This document shows, piece by piece, positions 51,542 to 64,000 of a DNA stretch of 64,000 nucleotides (its first letter is position 1; the number at the start of each line of letters is the position of its first letter). The notes beneath the pieces were generated by a model. The model saw only the letters and a program-made list of their open reading frames with translations, was not told the DNA's origin and made no database searches. The translations under genes and the position numbers were made by a program. The DNA is from the human T2T-CHM13v2.0 reference genome, Homo sapiens, in assembly GCF_009914755.1 (NCBI RefSeq), contig NC_060929.1; one strand, 5' to 3'.

Positions 51542-52933
51542 CGGTAGTCACCTCTTATCCACAGAGGATATGTTCCAAGACCTCCACTGGATGCCTGAGA
51601 CCATGAATAATAACAAATCCTATATGTGCTATGGTTTTGGATCTGATAAGCAGGAAGTGACTAACAGGCAAATGGCCTAGGCAGTGTGGATACTGGACAA
51701 AGGTATGAGCAGGATGGTGCAAGATCTCCTACTACACAGAATGGCACACAATTTAAAACTTATGAATTATGTATTTCTTGTTGCAGGAAGTCAGGGACCC
51801 CAAACGGAGGGACTGGCTGAAGCCATGGCAGAAGAATGTGGATTTCATGGGCATTTATTAGTTCCCCAAATTAATACTTTCATAATTTATTATGCCTGTC
51901 TTTACTGCAATCTCTGAACATAAATTGTGAAGATTTCATGGACACTTATCACTTCCCCAATCAATACCCTTGTGATTTCCTATGCCTGTCTTTAATCTCT
52001 TAATCCTGTCATCTCGTAAGCTGAGGAGGATGTATGTTGCCTCAGGACCCTGTGATGATTGCATTAACTGCACAAATTGCAGAGCATGTGTGTTTGAACA
52101 ATATGAAATCTGGGCACCTTGAAAAAAGAACAGGATAACAGCAGTGTTCAGGGAACAAGAGAGATAACTTTAAACTCTGACTGCCGGTGAGCCAGGCGGA
52201 ACAGAGCCATATTTCTCTTCTTTCAAAAGCAAACAGGAGAAATATTGCTAAATTCTTTTTCTCAGCAAGGAACATCCCTGAGAAAGAGAATGCGCCCCTG
52301 AGGGTAGGCCTCTAAAATGGCCCCTTTGGGTATGGCCATATTCTATGGTGGAAACTGTAGGGATGAAATAAGTCCCAGTCTCCCATAGTGCTCCCAGGCT
52401 TATTAGGATGAGGAAATTCCCACCTAATAAATTTTGGTCAGACCGGTTGCTCTCAAACCCTGTCTCCTGATAAGATGTTATCAATGACAATGGTGCCCGA
52501 AACTTCATTAGCAATTTTAATTTTGCCCCGGTCCTGTGGTCCCATGATCTCGCCCTGCCTCCATTTGCCTTGTGATATTCTATTACCTTGTGAAGCACGT
52601 GATCTCTGTGACCCACACCCTATTTGTAGACTCCCTTCCCTTTGAAAATCACTAATAAAAACTTGCTGGTTTTGCGGCTTGTGGGGCATCACGGAACCTA
52701 CCGAAATGTGATGCCTCCCCCGGACGCCCAGCTTTAAAATCTCTCTTTTGTACTCTGTCCCTTTATTTCTCAACCCGGCCGATGCTTATGGAAAATAGAA
52801 AAGAACCTACATGACTACTGGGGGCAGGTTCCCCGATAATTTCTGAAATTTTTTATTTAAAATTTTCAGACCACAGTCGGCCACAGGTAAACTGAAAACA
52901 GAAAGTGAAACCATAGATAAGGGAGGACTACAA
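51542..52933 (-). mobile_element. MER44 (Tigger7-derived) MITE interrupted by MER11
   Basis: TIR-like ends CGGTAGTCACCTCTTATCC and GATAAGGGAGGACTAC. The internal AATTTAAAACTTATGAATT..ATTTCT|GAAATT rejoins across the LTR. Confidence 0.8.
51779..52838 (+). mobile_element. MER11 (HERV-K11/HML-8) solo LTR, probably MER11C
   Basis: 1060 bp from TGTTGCAGGAAGTCAGGGACCCC to GGGGCAGGTTCCCCGATA, with a perfect 6-bp TSD ATTTCT (51773-51778, 52839-52844) and an internal AATAAA near 52654. Confidence 0.95.
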
Positions 52934-53702
52934 CATTAGTGTAAACCCATAATTTTCCATACATGTATATTAGTATATAGATACACTAATAACTAGAGCT
53001 GCAAGCAGGTATTGTGGCTTACATGCACATATGCCCATATACACACATATTCTCTACCTCTGTCCATTGAGAGGGTCTGGAACAGCAGCACCTGATAGCA
53101 ATGAGCACATTTTGTGCCCAGATCTTTGCTTCAAAATATCACTCTTCAGAGGAGGGAGAAAAAGGTTCCCTGAAGAAATAACTATAGGGCTGGGAAAGTA
53201 CAAAATGACCCTAGAACATCTTATTGTCCCAGAAAGCAAGAGCATACTCAAAGAATGATGGGATGAGGCAAAAGACACAGAAGCCAGATTGAAGGGGCTC
53301 CCACTGACCAAACTGAGATAATTGAATATCATCATAAATACTGCCGTTATGTATTAATAATAACAGATATAATAGTAATAACATATTAAATAATGATGTT
53401 ACATTAGTACAGACATAAGCATAAGACCATACCAATATAAATACATGAATAAATAAATTGCATGTCTGATGAGGAACAGAGTGCTCACATAGTTTCAAAG
53501 CATTTTCCCTCAAATGTATATTAATTAGAAAGAGAAAAAAGACTAACTTTACAGGAGAGAAGCCTAGTAGACATCATCTTAATCAAGTAATCAAAATGAG
53601 TAGCAGAAATGAGACAAATCAGAAGTATGTGACACTTGATAGGATGCAATGAGAAAATACATGGTCACTTCCGGCTATTTCTGCCAAAGATGCCATCTCT
53701 CC

Positions 53703-53973
53703 ACTCATGGTGGAAAGCAAAGTGGGGCTGATATCACACAGTGAGAGAGGAAGCAGGAGAGAGAACGAAAGGAAAAGAGGGAGCAGAGGAGGTGCCAGCC
53801 TCTTGTCAACAACCAGGTGTTGCAGTGGGAACTCACTCCCACAAAATGGCAGCTCCCCATACATTAAGGATCCACTCCAATGACCCAAATACCTCCCACC
53901 AGGGCCCACCTCCAGCACTTGGGATCAAACTTCAGCATGAAATTTTGAGGGGACAAATATCCAAACTGTATCA
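53703..53973 (-). mobile_element. MSTB-like LTR fragment
   Basis: ACTCATGGTGGAAAGCAAAG..ACCTCCCACCAGGGCCCACCTCCA..GGGGACAAATATCCAAACTGTATCA. Confidence 0.8.
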
Positions 53974-55223
53974 TGTGCACAATCTGAATCAAATCATAAG
54001 CCAACGTCAGACAAACCCAAACTGAGGGACATCCTACAAAATAACTGGTCTATAATCTTCGAAAGTGTCAAGGTCATAAGAGCTAAAGAAAGGCAGAGGA
54101 ATTATTCTAGACTGAAGAAACTGGAGTTATCAGAAAACAGTGTCATGTACTGTTTCCAATACTTACTAGATGTCCCATATGTTTGATTAACTGAATTCTT
54201 CTGTCTCTAAAATAAACAGCCACCTAAACATCAGGCTTTCACAGTGATTCACTCCTTCCCTCTGTTCTCTAACCTGAAAATAAAACCAAACACTTGAAAT
54301 GCTGTAATAGCCCCCAAAGCCAGTAATAGAATTGAGTTTCTAAAGTTCCTTTTTACTCATTTTTCTAGGTCAAGCTCAAATGCTCATCTTCTAGGAAGAC
54401 GGCCTTGATTGCTGCTCCAGAGCTCATGTTTTCCTCCATCTTCTGAGAAGAGCAATGATAAGCAACACAAGACTCAACAGTTCAGGAGTGTATCATGTGA
54501 AGGCTTCAAAGGCAAAGTTAGAGATCTTGATGGGGGTGGGGGTAGCTACATCTTATATTTCTTTGTGTCCTCAATAGTAGTAAACACCTTGCAGAACACA
54601 CAATGGGTACCTAACGAATACTTGTTAATAAATTCCTGAAACTTTGTTCTGATTAAGGAAATGTTTGTCCCCGGAGGTTTGAAGGCTTTTCAGCACAACT
54701 ATGAAGCAATGAGTCCTAAAAAGATAAAATAAAATTGCACACCAATTAGCTCATTTGATGATCAAAGACCATATTCTTGGGCTTCCCCAAGATGTAGCAA
54801 TATTGCTTCTTTCTTCTGATGTACTAGATTAACAACTGGAGCTTCTCTTGCCCACCAATACCTCCTTTCTGTCTTCTCTCCCACTTTGCTACTTATCCAG
54901 GCAAGACACCAGCTGCCTCTGATCAAGTTCCAGAAAGGGAAAACAAACAACTTCGTGGGGGTCTGTCCTACAGTAGAACTCCCAAGTTGGCCTGTGAGAA
55001 GAACTGAGAGTGAAGCCCTAATCCAGCACAAAGGCCCTGAGAGAAGGAAAATGTTAAAGGTGCTATGTTACAGATGTGTAGATCTATCTCAGAGATATGT
55101 GGATCTTCACGTATCCACAAGCATTTCTACCCATGTCCAGACTCAAGGGTAGCACCTTCATGCAAGCCTGGCCAGACCACATGTTCACTGCCCACAGGAC
55201 ACTAATAAAAAACAGGAAGTTTC

Positions 55224-55533
<310 letters not shown>

Positions 55534-55694
55534 AGGAAGTTTCAAGGACTGGATCAAACCCAGAATGATTATACCCAAATGATCAAGTATAGGATTACTT
55601 AACTGCCAAGGAAGATAAAAGTAGCAGTAAGTTAGGCAAAGAGGGCCTTGGAGAGGCTCAGGTGAAGCTGTTACCAGAAAACAGGCCACCTTTA

Positions 55695-56112
<418 letters not shown>

Positions 56113-56841
56113 GTGAAGCAAGGAAATGCCTGAGTACCTGGAGTTGCCCAGACCACCACCAGCCACCTTGGAGTGTCTCAGCTCAGCCAGAATCCAGAAC
56201 CTGAAGTGCCAGTTGTCACCCAACAGGAAGTCAACATGAGGGCAGAGGATAGACAAACAAGCGACATAGTGAGGTGAAAGATGGAGGGATTTCAGAAGCT
56301 TCTGTGAATGTGAATGTGAAATGTTGAAGACAAGAACAAGATCTATACAAGATTTTAAGAAAACTGTCTGTAGGATGTTTCCTATGATACACATGTCTAC
56401 ATCATGAGAAATGTTTCTCTCCAATCCTGAGAAGTCAAATTTGTGTTTCCCTCATTGGTATTAGTTGCAAAACTGGACTTCAGAGAGTCCTATCTTTTAT
56501 ACAGGTTACTTGAGGTTGTTGGAATTGTTGAGATGTATTCTGAATCAGTTGCCCCAATGACAACTTGCCTAGGGAAAATGCAAGCAGGCTTCTATTCTTA
56601 GCAGAAGTATTTTGAGTGTCTATCACCTAGGGTGATTGCAAGTATTAGCACTGAAAAAGAGAAGTGGGAGGGCAGGCCTTGGAGAAGCAGAAGAGAAAAT
56701 ATGAATCTAGAACGTAGATTATTAGCTTACAAACCTGGCTGCACCAGAATCACCTAAGTAGCTTTAATGTGTATATATTATACACACACATGATATATAT
56801 ATATCGTGGTGTTTTCATCTAAGCTGTTGAGAAGAGACATC

Positions 56842-57800
56842 TATATATATGTATTGCATAGCAATATATATATATGTATTGCATAGCAATATATATATAT
56901 GTATTGCATAGCAATATATATATATGTATTGCATAGCAATATATATATATGTATTGCATAGCAATATATATATATGTATTGCATAGCAATATATATATAT
57001 GTATTGCATAGCAATATATATATGTATTGCATAGCAATATATATATGTATTGCATAGCAATATATATATATGTATTGCATAGCAATATATATATGTATTG
57101 CATAGCAATATATATATATGTATTGCATAGCAATATATATATATGTATTGCATAGCAATATATATATATGTATTGCATAGCAATATATATATGTATTGCA
57201 TAGCAATATATATATATGTATTGCATAGCTATATATATATGTATTGAATAGCAATATATATATGTATTGAATAGCAATATATATATGTATTGCACAGCAA
57301 TATATATATATGTATTGCACAGCAATATATATATGTATTGAATAGCAATATATATATGTATTGCACAGCAATATATATATATGTATTGCACAGCAATATA
57401 TATATATGTATTGCATAGCAATATATATATATGTATTGCATAGCAATATATACATATATGTACTGCATAGCAATACACATGTGTATTGCATAGCAATACA
57501 CATATGTATTGCATAGCAATATATATGTATTGCATAGCAATATATATGTATTGCATAGCAATATATAGTATCTATATATGTATTGCACAGCAATATATGG
57601 TATCTATATATGTATTGCATAGCAATATATAGTATCTATATATGTATTGCATAGCAATATATAGTATCTATATATGTATTGCATAGCAATATATAGTATC
57701 TATATATGTATTGCATAGCAATATATACATTGTATCAATATATATGTATTGCATAGCAATATACATTGTATCAATATATATATGTATTGCATAGCATATT
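56842..57800. repeat. AT-rich minisatellite (VNTR), about 37 units of GTATTGCATAGCAA(TA)n, periods 21-38 bp
   Basis: Units counted by eye from 56851 to 57784. Confidence 0.98.
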
Positions 57801-58657
57801 ATATATGTATTACCTACATATAGATAGCATGTGTATATAATATATACACACACTATACTAGTAGCAGAGGCAGGTGGGAGATGTATTTTATAGTGTAAAT
57901 CCTTTTTATCTTTTAAGTTTTGTAGCATGTGAACTTATTACCTGCTAAACGTATTATAAAACGAAGGGGGAAAAGCCTAGATTCCTCTCACGGAGATTTT
58001 CACTCTCAATAGATGATCTGTTCTTACCATATCGTCTGTACGGAGCAGATCTCACCACCAGACTGTGACCCACCCTTACCACGAGCGTCTAATGGTCCGT
58101 CACCTGCACATCGGTTAAGCAGGTGAAAGGGGACTTCCTGACCCAGGATGTGGCATGGTCTCACATGCCTCTGGGTTTCAGACACAATGACTCAGCAGAA
58201 AGTTTCACTAAAAGAGAGGATTAATCAGACCTCAGGGGAAGCTGGCCACGGCGACCTCTGGGAGGCCTTCTTGTTCCCTTTCACAAGAGAGTTCTTGGTG
58301 TGGCACTATGCTAAGTGCTACACACCCATCCTCCCAACCAAAACAGGTGCTGTCAGCCCCTTTTACAATCTCAGAGCTAACATGCCCAAAGTTACAGAGC
58401 TAATGACTGAAATCTGCCTACCTGGAAAGCCCAACAGGCTCTCGACACCATAGGCCTCTCTCATTGCAGCAGCCTTTTCCTCACAGGAACAGTCTGATAC
58501 CAGCATCATGCTGCCACCATCCATGTCCACAGCACAGAAAATGTTACAGTGTAAATATCTACTCTGGATGACCTGGGCTAGGATATTATTTCTCACCTTC
58601 ATATTTTTTGACTGTTTAGTTTTTCAGATTCAAAGGTCAAAGAGAGAGTTTTTTCCC

Positions 58658-58735
58658 ATCCTGCTGGTCCCTGGGCTGCAAGGATCCAGTTCACCCAAAG
58701 TAATAGATCTAAAGAGGCGAAGTCTTGTCTAAGGT
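58658..58735 (+). repeat. Dispersed 78-bp direct repeat, copy 1 (copy 2 at 61803-61880)
   Basis: 73/78 identical with no gaps. Confidence 0.95.
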
Positions 58736-59040
58736 CACCCACCAATAAAACAAACAACTATATACCTAATTTTGCACGTATCACCCCATGAGGTGATATG
58801 CTTTGGTCAGAGTTCCTGAGTTCTATAAGATCTTAGGAATTAGCCTTCATTTCCCAGAAAAAGAAGCTGGAATCTTGAGTGTTAAGAAACTTCTCTTAGA
58901 GCTTCTGGCTAGATGGGAGCATTCAGGCATAAACTTCAGGTCTCCCAACTCCAAGTCCAGTGCTTGCGCATGACAGAGTACTCTTCTGAAGTCTTAAGCC
59001 TAAATCACAGTGGACTAAGCTAGCAATAAAAATAAAAGGA

Positions 59041-59378
<338 letters not shown>

Positions 59379-61676
59379 TTATTGAAACAGTTGAATTAAC
59401 TAATTGAATTAAAAGGATTTACTAGTAAAAGAGAGAATCCTTTCCAGAGGAGGGATGTAAAGCACTCACCGATACATCTCAAATCCTCCTCTGGTCATTG
59501 CCAAAGCAACTGTTATCACAACCTTCCAGATAGAAAAGAGTATCTGCTCAGAAGGGATACTGGATTGCTGCCCAGTCCCCCACAATATCCAACCTCCAAG
59601 ATCAGATGTGCCCTCTGCTGCAATGCAATTTCAAATAAATGAAGAAAAAAGATGCAGAGATGCTTTTATGTCTTTTTCAGTAAGCCTAGCTGATTTCATT
59701 CATTTATTCTGCACCATACGTTCAGGTAAAACCCCTTTCTGCAGACTTATTCTGCATTAGCTACTCCCAGTATGGGCATACACATGCTCATGTGCACACA
59801 CGCATGTGCAAGCACACACACACACACCATAGCCTGCTTATCAATCAACTCTAATTTGTCCGGAAGCTCTGCCATGAGTGGCACATTCCCCATATTCTTT
59901 CCTTATCAAGCTCTGTAGAGGTTGGAAAAGATAAGAGACCACTGACTATTCCTAAGCCTTATATTATCTAACAGTTTAACCTCCTGTGTTTCTTCTGCAA
60001 ATGTGCTAACAACAACAACAACAACAAAACCAAATTGTAAAAACAACTAAAACAAAGACCAAGGAAGAGAAAGAAAAGCCAAAGAAAATTCCCAGAAAGC
60101 TCAGTTTGGTAAACAGAAAAAAAAAGTCCTTAGAGATCGGCTGAGAATACTGAAGGACCAGAAAGAGAAAGAATCAGTGGTAAACTTTTAAAAAGTTTTT
60201 AAAAAGGTTTTCTAGAAGAAAGAAAGGCTGCTTGGAAGAAAGATAGTAGTATCTGATGACCCACTAAGAGACTGAAAGTTGTGCATTTTAAAATTAAGTG
60301 ACTCATTTCTTACGGCCAAAGCAGAAATCAAACGGGAAAAAACAGTCTAGAGAAAAATCTGCCATAAACAGGGTACAGAGGGTGAGTGGATGGAGAATGG
60401 GTAAAGGGAGGAATCAGTGACACCAAATGCGGCCGTTTAGTATGAAATTTCATAATCTGATAAATCTGTTTCTGAAAATAGTTTATTGTCCTCCCAGCCA
60501 ATTTAATTGCAGAACTATGAAGGAATGTCTACATGGAAATGTGCAGTCTGCAAGTTAGAGAAACGGTCTGGTAGGAAGCACTAGTGTATGAAATTCACTC
60601 TATTAAAGTAAATGTCTGAAATCTCTCAAGGAGGGAAATAAGCAAATCCAGCAACATACACCATTGGGAAAAAAGCTAAGAAGGTCATTTGTATGTGTTT
60701 GTTGAAAGGAAGATTTTCAGTATTTGATTATTTGAAAGGGCTTAAAAGCAAATAACAGGTATCATCAATAAAAAGGCAAACAGACAGGATGGCTGCAGTT
60801 TATGGAGACACACAAAAAAAACACATGCATACCTTCTCTAAATCCCCATTCATTTAGTCAGGGGTCTAGAACTTAACAGAGGCAAGGTGGCCACAGCCCC
60901 TCAGGAGCAGGGGCCATGCCTCCTGCCCCTACCCCTGCCGTCCCCAGGGTGCACTGCTGTCAGCAGCCCTGTCTGCATGGGTACTGTCCTCCCGGAACCG
61001 AGCAGGGAGCCTAATTCTTGTTTTGCCACTGCCCTGTTACACATAGATTTTAATCACCACCTTGGAAAACTCCACACTAACAATCTCTTAAGAGAATATT
61101 TATAACATCAAGGTCTCTTCATTCTTGACCTAAACTTAGAATCAACAAGGTCCATCCCCTTGAGATAGGAATAAAACCATCAACAATGCTAGCTGTCATT
61201 GTCTGTCCCAGCCCTTCTGTGGCCCAGAAAGCCTGTCTCTTCTCAACAGCTTAGATGAAAACACCAAAACAAGAGATTATTGCTTGGCACACTCATCAAG
61301 CAGACAAGAATTAAAGAGCATGAGAAGAACCAGCAGCTTTTCTGGTAAGAGCTATCCATGCCAAAGACACAGATTTGAACATAACGCAACACAGCAGAGA
61401 ATAGGGGAGCAGAAAAGGATGACAATGAATGGGTACATTTGGCCAAATGACCCATCTTTTTTGGCTTCCAAGTTCCCATGTATCTTCTCAGTCTTTTCCT
61501 GAATCACATTGTCTAAGATTCCTCTTCCACTCCTTCACCCATCAACATTGATTAGAGCAGCATCATTCCCTGCTACTGTTTTAAGCATCATTAGGCTTTC
61601 GACAAACAATTTGCCACAAGGATGCAAGACATAAAAGGGTGAACTCAAATAGAATTAGTGTCTGTGTTTAATGGGT

Positions 61677-61822
61677 CAATGCTTCTCAAATTTTAATGCA
61701 CATACAAATCACCTGGGGATCTTGTTAAAATTTAGGTCTAATTCAGCTGACCAGGGGAGGATCTGAGAATGTGCATTTCTAACAAGCCCTCAGGTGATGC
61801 CAATCCTGCTGGTCCCTGGGCT
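61677..61822. mobile_element. MER5A MITE with one end truncated
   Basis: CAATGCTTCTCAAATTTTAATGCACATACAAATCACCTGGGGATCTTGTTAAAA..TGCATTTCTAACAAGCCCTCAGGTGATGCC..TGCTGGTCC. Confidence 0.8.
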
Positions 61823-61880
61823 GCAAGGATCCAGTTCATCCAAAGTAACAGCTCTAAAGAGGCAAAGTCTTGTCTAAAGT
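61803..61880 (+). repeat. Dispersed 78-bp direct repeat, copy 2
   Basis: Matches 58658-58735 at 73/78 positions. Confidence 0.95.
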
Positions 61881-62763
61881 AACACAGTGCATAGTCGAGC
61901 TAGGACTTGAGCTCAGCTCCTCCAACTCCCAAATTCGGTGGAATTGCCCTTTATGCAAAATATGTCAAGCCTCCACATGGGTTGTCTGGTTAAAAATAAA
62001 TCAGTCATCTTATACTGAAAGATCACCTCCAATGACCAAGTAAAACAATTTTTCAGTTACAGGACATAAAAACCAGGCCTCTTGTTTTCCCATTTTTCAA
62101 AGTCCTTATTAATATCTGTAAATCAATGGGGACATTTTCAAAAGGGATTAGCTCTCTTTAATATTTAAGCTCCCTACCTGTGATTCATATTCGGTCAAAA
62201 AGAACAGAAATATTAATCCATGAATATCTGGAGGGAGGCTCTGGACACCTAGTCTTCAGTTTATGTAATGAAAACAGAGAAGAGATTCAAAGTAAAGTCT
62301 CCAGAAGAGATAAACACCAGAAGGGAGTAACATCTGTGGGCTGCATTTGTGTAGACCCTTAAGCCAAGTCACTAACCCTATAATAGAGAATCTGGCCTCT
62401 TTCCCCAGTAATAGCAGAGATCATTCTCCATTCCTTCTCCTGTACCATCCCTAGACCATAGGAAGGTCTGCTGATTCAAGACCCAGCAGAAAGAAGAAAA
62501 CAATGCTGCTTCTTAAAACATAGGTTCTTCAATTCTATCCCTCCCATCTCTAATTGGTCATGATGGGAACTCACAAAATAAACCTGATGAACTGAAAAGT
62601 AAGCAGAAAGACAAAAAGGGAGGGAGGGGGAGAAAAAACCATTCCTATTTATGAGGCTGCAGCACAAAGCACTGATAGCGACAGGAGGAATTTCCGCCAG
62701 CCAGAGGCCCCATTCCAAAGTCTCATGTCTGAGTAAGCATGGGTCTTACCAGGCAACCCCCAA

Positions 62764-62776
62764 AGGTCAGAGGTCA
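62764..62776 (+). promoter_or_regulatory. Perfect nuclear-receptor DR1 motif AGGTCA-G-AGGTCA
   Basis: Exact motif in non-repetitive sequence; function not shown. Confidence 0.4.
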
Positions 62777-63480
62777 GAGAGAATTCCTCATCCTGGGGGG
62801 CAGAGTCAGGGGATAAGCAGAACATTTATTTCCCTCCCCCTGGTGAGGGACAACAAACCCTGACACACAGGCATCCTGCAACTCAAATCAGTGATTTCTG
62901 CCAGTGAGCCACAAAGTTCCGGATCAGGAAACAAGGCAAGAAGCCTCACTGGGCAAGTTTTCCCACACAGCTCTGCCAGTAGATTTCATTCCTCAGCTAC
63001 ATCACCCCAGGCTTTAGACAGCATTCAAGAACAAGAGGGCAGAAACGGTCACATTCTTTGATTGTATGGAAAAGGAACCAGCAGAATTTTCCATCTGGGC
63101 CAAGAACTGAACTGCACTTAAAAGAGTAACGTGGTATGAGGCATGTCCCCTCTCTCAATGGAGGCACCATCAGATGGCACACATTTTAAATGTCACTAAT
63201 CCTCATTTGTAGCATTCACACAGCTAAACAGAGAGAATGCTTAATCCTTGCATTTCTGGAAATTAGAATCTAAGGAAGTTTAACAAGTTCAAATTATTAT
63301 AACAGCATATCCTAGGACAAATTGATTCCTTGCTGGTTAGAAGCTGGAAAGCTATTCCAAAGCTCCATGGTGTCCTACATGTTAAAAGAAGGAAGATTAA
63401 ATTTCTTTTTGGAGCAGACATTCTATTTGTTCTGGTGATTAAAATAAAAATTGTCTTCATCTCGATGTAAAGGTGGTTAA

Positions 63481-63940
<460 letters not shown>

Positions 63941-64000
63941 ATAATTGTGTCTTCTTGAGAAGGCCTCCCAACTTGTATTCCAGCACAAACAGTTCTTCAC

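Larger units (their letters stand above)
51000..54125 (+). mobile_element. L1MC4-like 3' UTR, host of nested MER44, MER11 and MST insertions
   Basis: AAACCAGAATGAA.., AGCAATGAGCACA..TGCCCAGATCT, GAACATCTTATTGTCCCAGAAAGCAAG and CAGACAAACCCAAACTGAGGGACATCCTACAAAATAACTGG. Confidence 0.7.

Noticed and set aside
52042-52773. ORFs of 77-122 aa as retroviral genes
   Set aside because: They lie inside a solo MER11 LTR, and no gag, pol or env sequence is present.
56815-57928. Long YI-rich ORFs (up to 259 aa) and a CRISPR-like palindromic repeat pattern
   Set aside because: The ORFs are stop-free translations of a minisatellite. The inter-unit sequences are (TA)n runs rather than unique spacers, and the DNA is eukaryotic.
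60182-60210. AAACTTTTAAAAAGTTT palindrome
   Set aside because: Low-complexity A/T runs of this kind are expected by chance.

Overview
This is primate (most likely human or great-ape) genomic DNA of intronic or intergenic character. I find no credible protein-coding exon, RNA gene or CRISPR array. Most longer ORFs in the track come from Alu, LTR or L1 sequence or from an AT-rich minisatellite, and the rest match nothing I recognise. Roughly half the window is a transposon fossil record: an L1PBa/L1PB1 5' UTR at the left edge, old L1M/L2/MIR fragments, Alus from monomers and AluJ to AluY, MaLR LTRs (MLT1, THE1, MST), a MER11 solo LTR with a perfect 6-bp TSD, and DNA-transposon MITEs (MER5A, MER58A, MER63A, MER44, MER102, MADE1, piggyBac MER85). 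The structures most worth a second look are: (1) a ~37-unit palindromic AT-rich VNTR with polar and higher-order variant organisation; (2) an adjacent CpG-rich NF-kB/ETS/NRF2 motif cluster; (3) a 78-bp dispersed copy of a MER5A|unique|MIR junction 3.1 kb from its source; (4) a hairpin-unit mini-array next to a 62-bp duplication; (5) an AluJ with a 115-bp non-poly(A) tail inside its TSD; (6) several + strand splice signals that could belong to a noncoding transcript. Repeat family names come from recalled consensus sequences, not from a RepeatMasker run, and edges of old elements are approximate. I could not identify a host gene and see no firm evidence of a new biological system.
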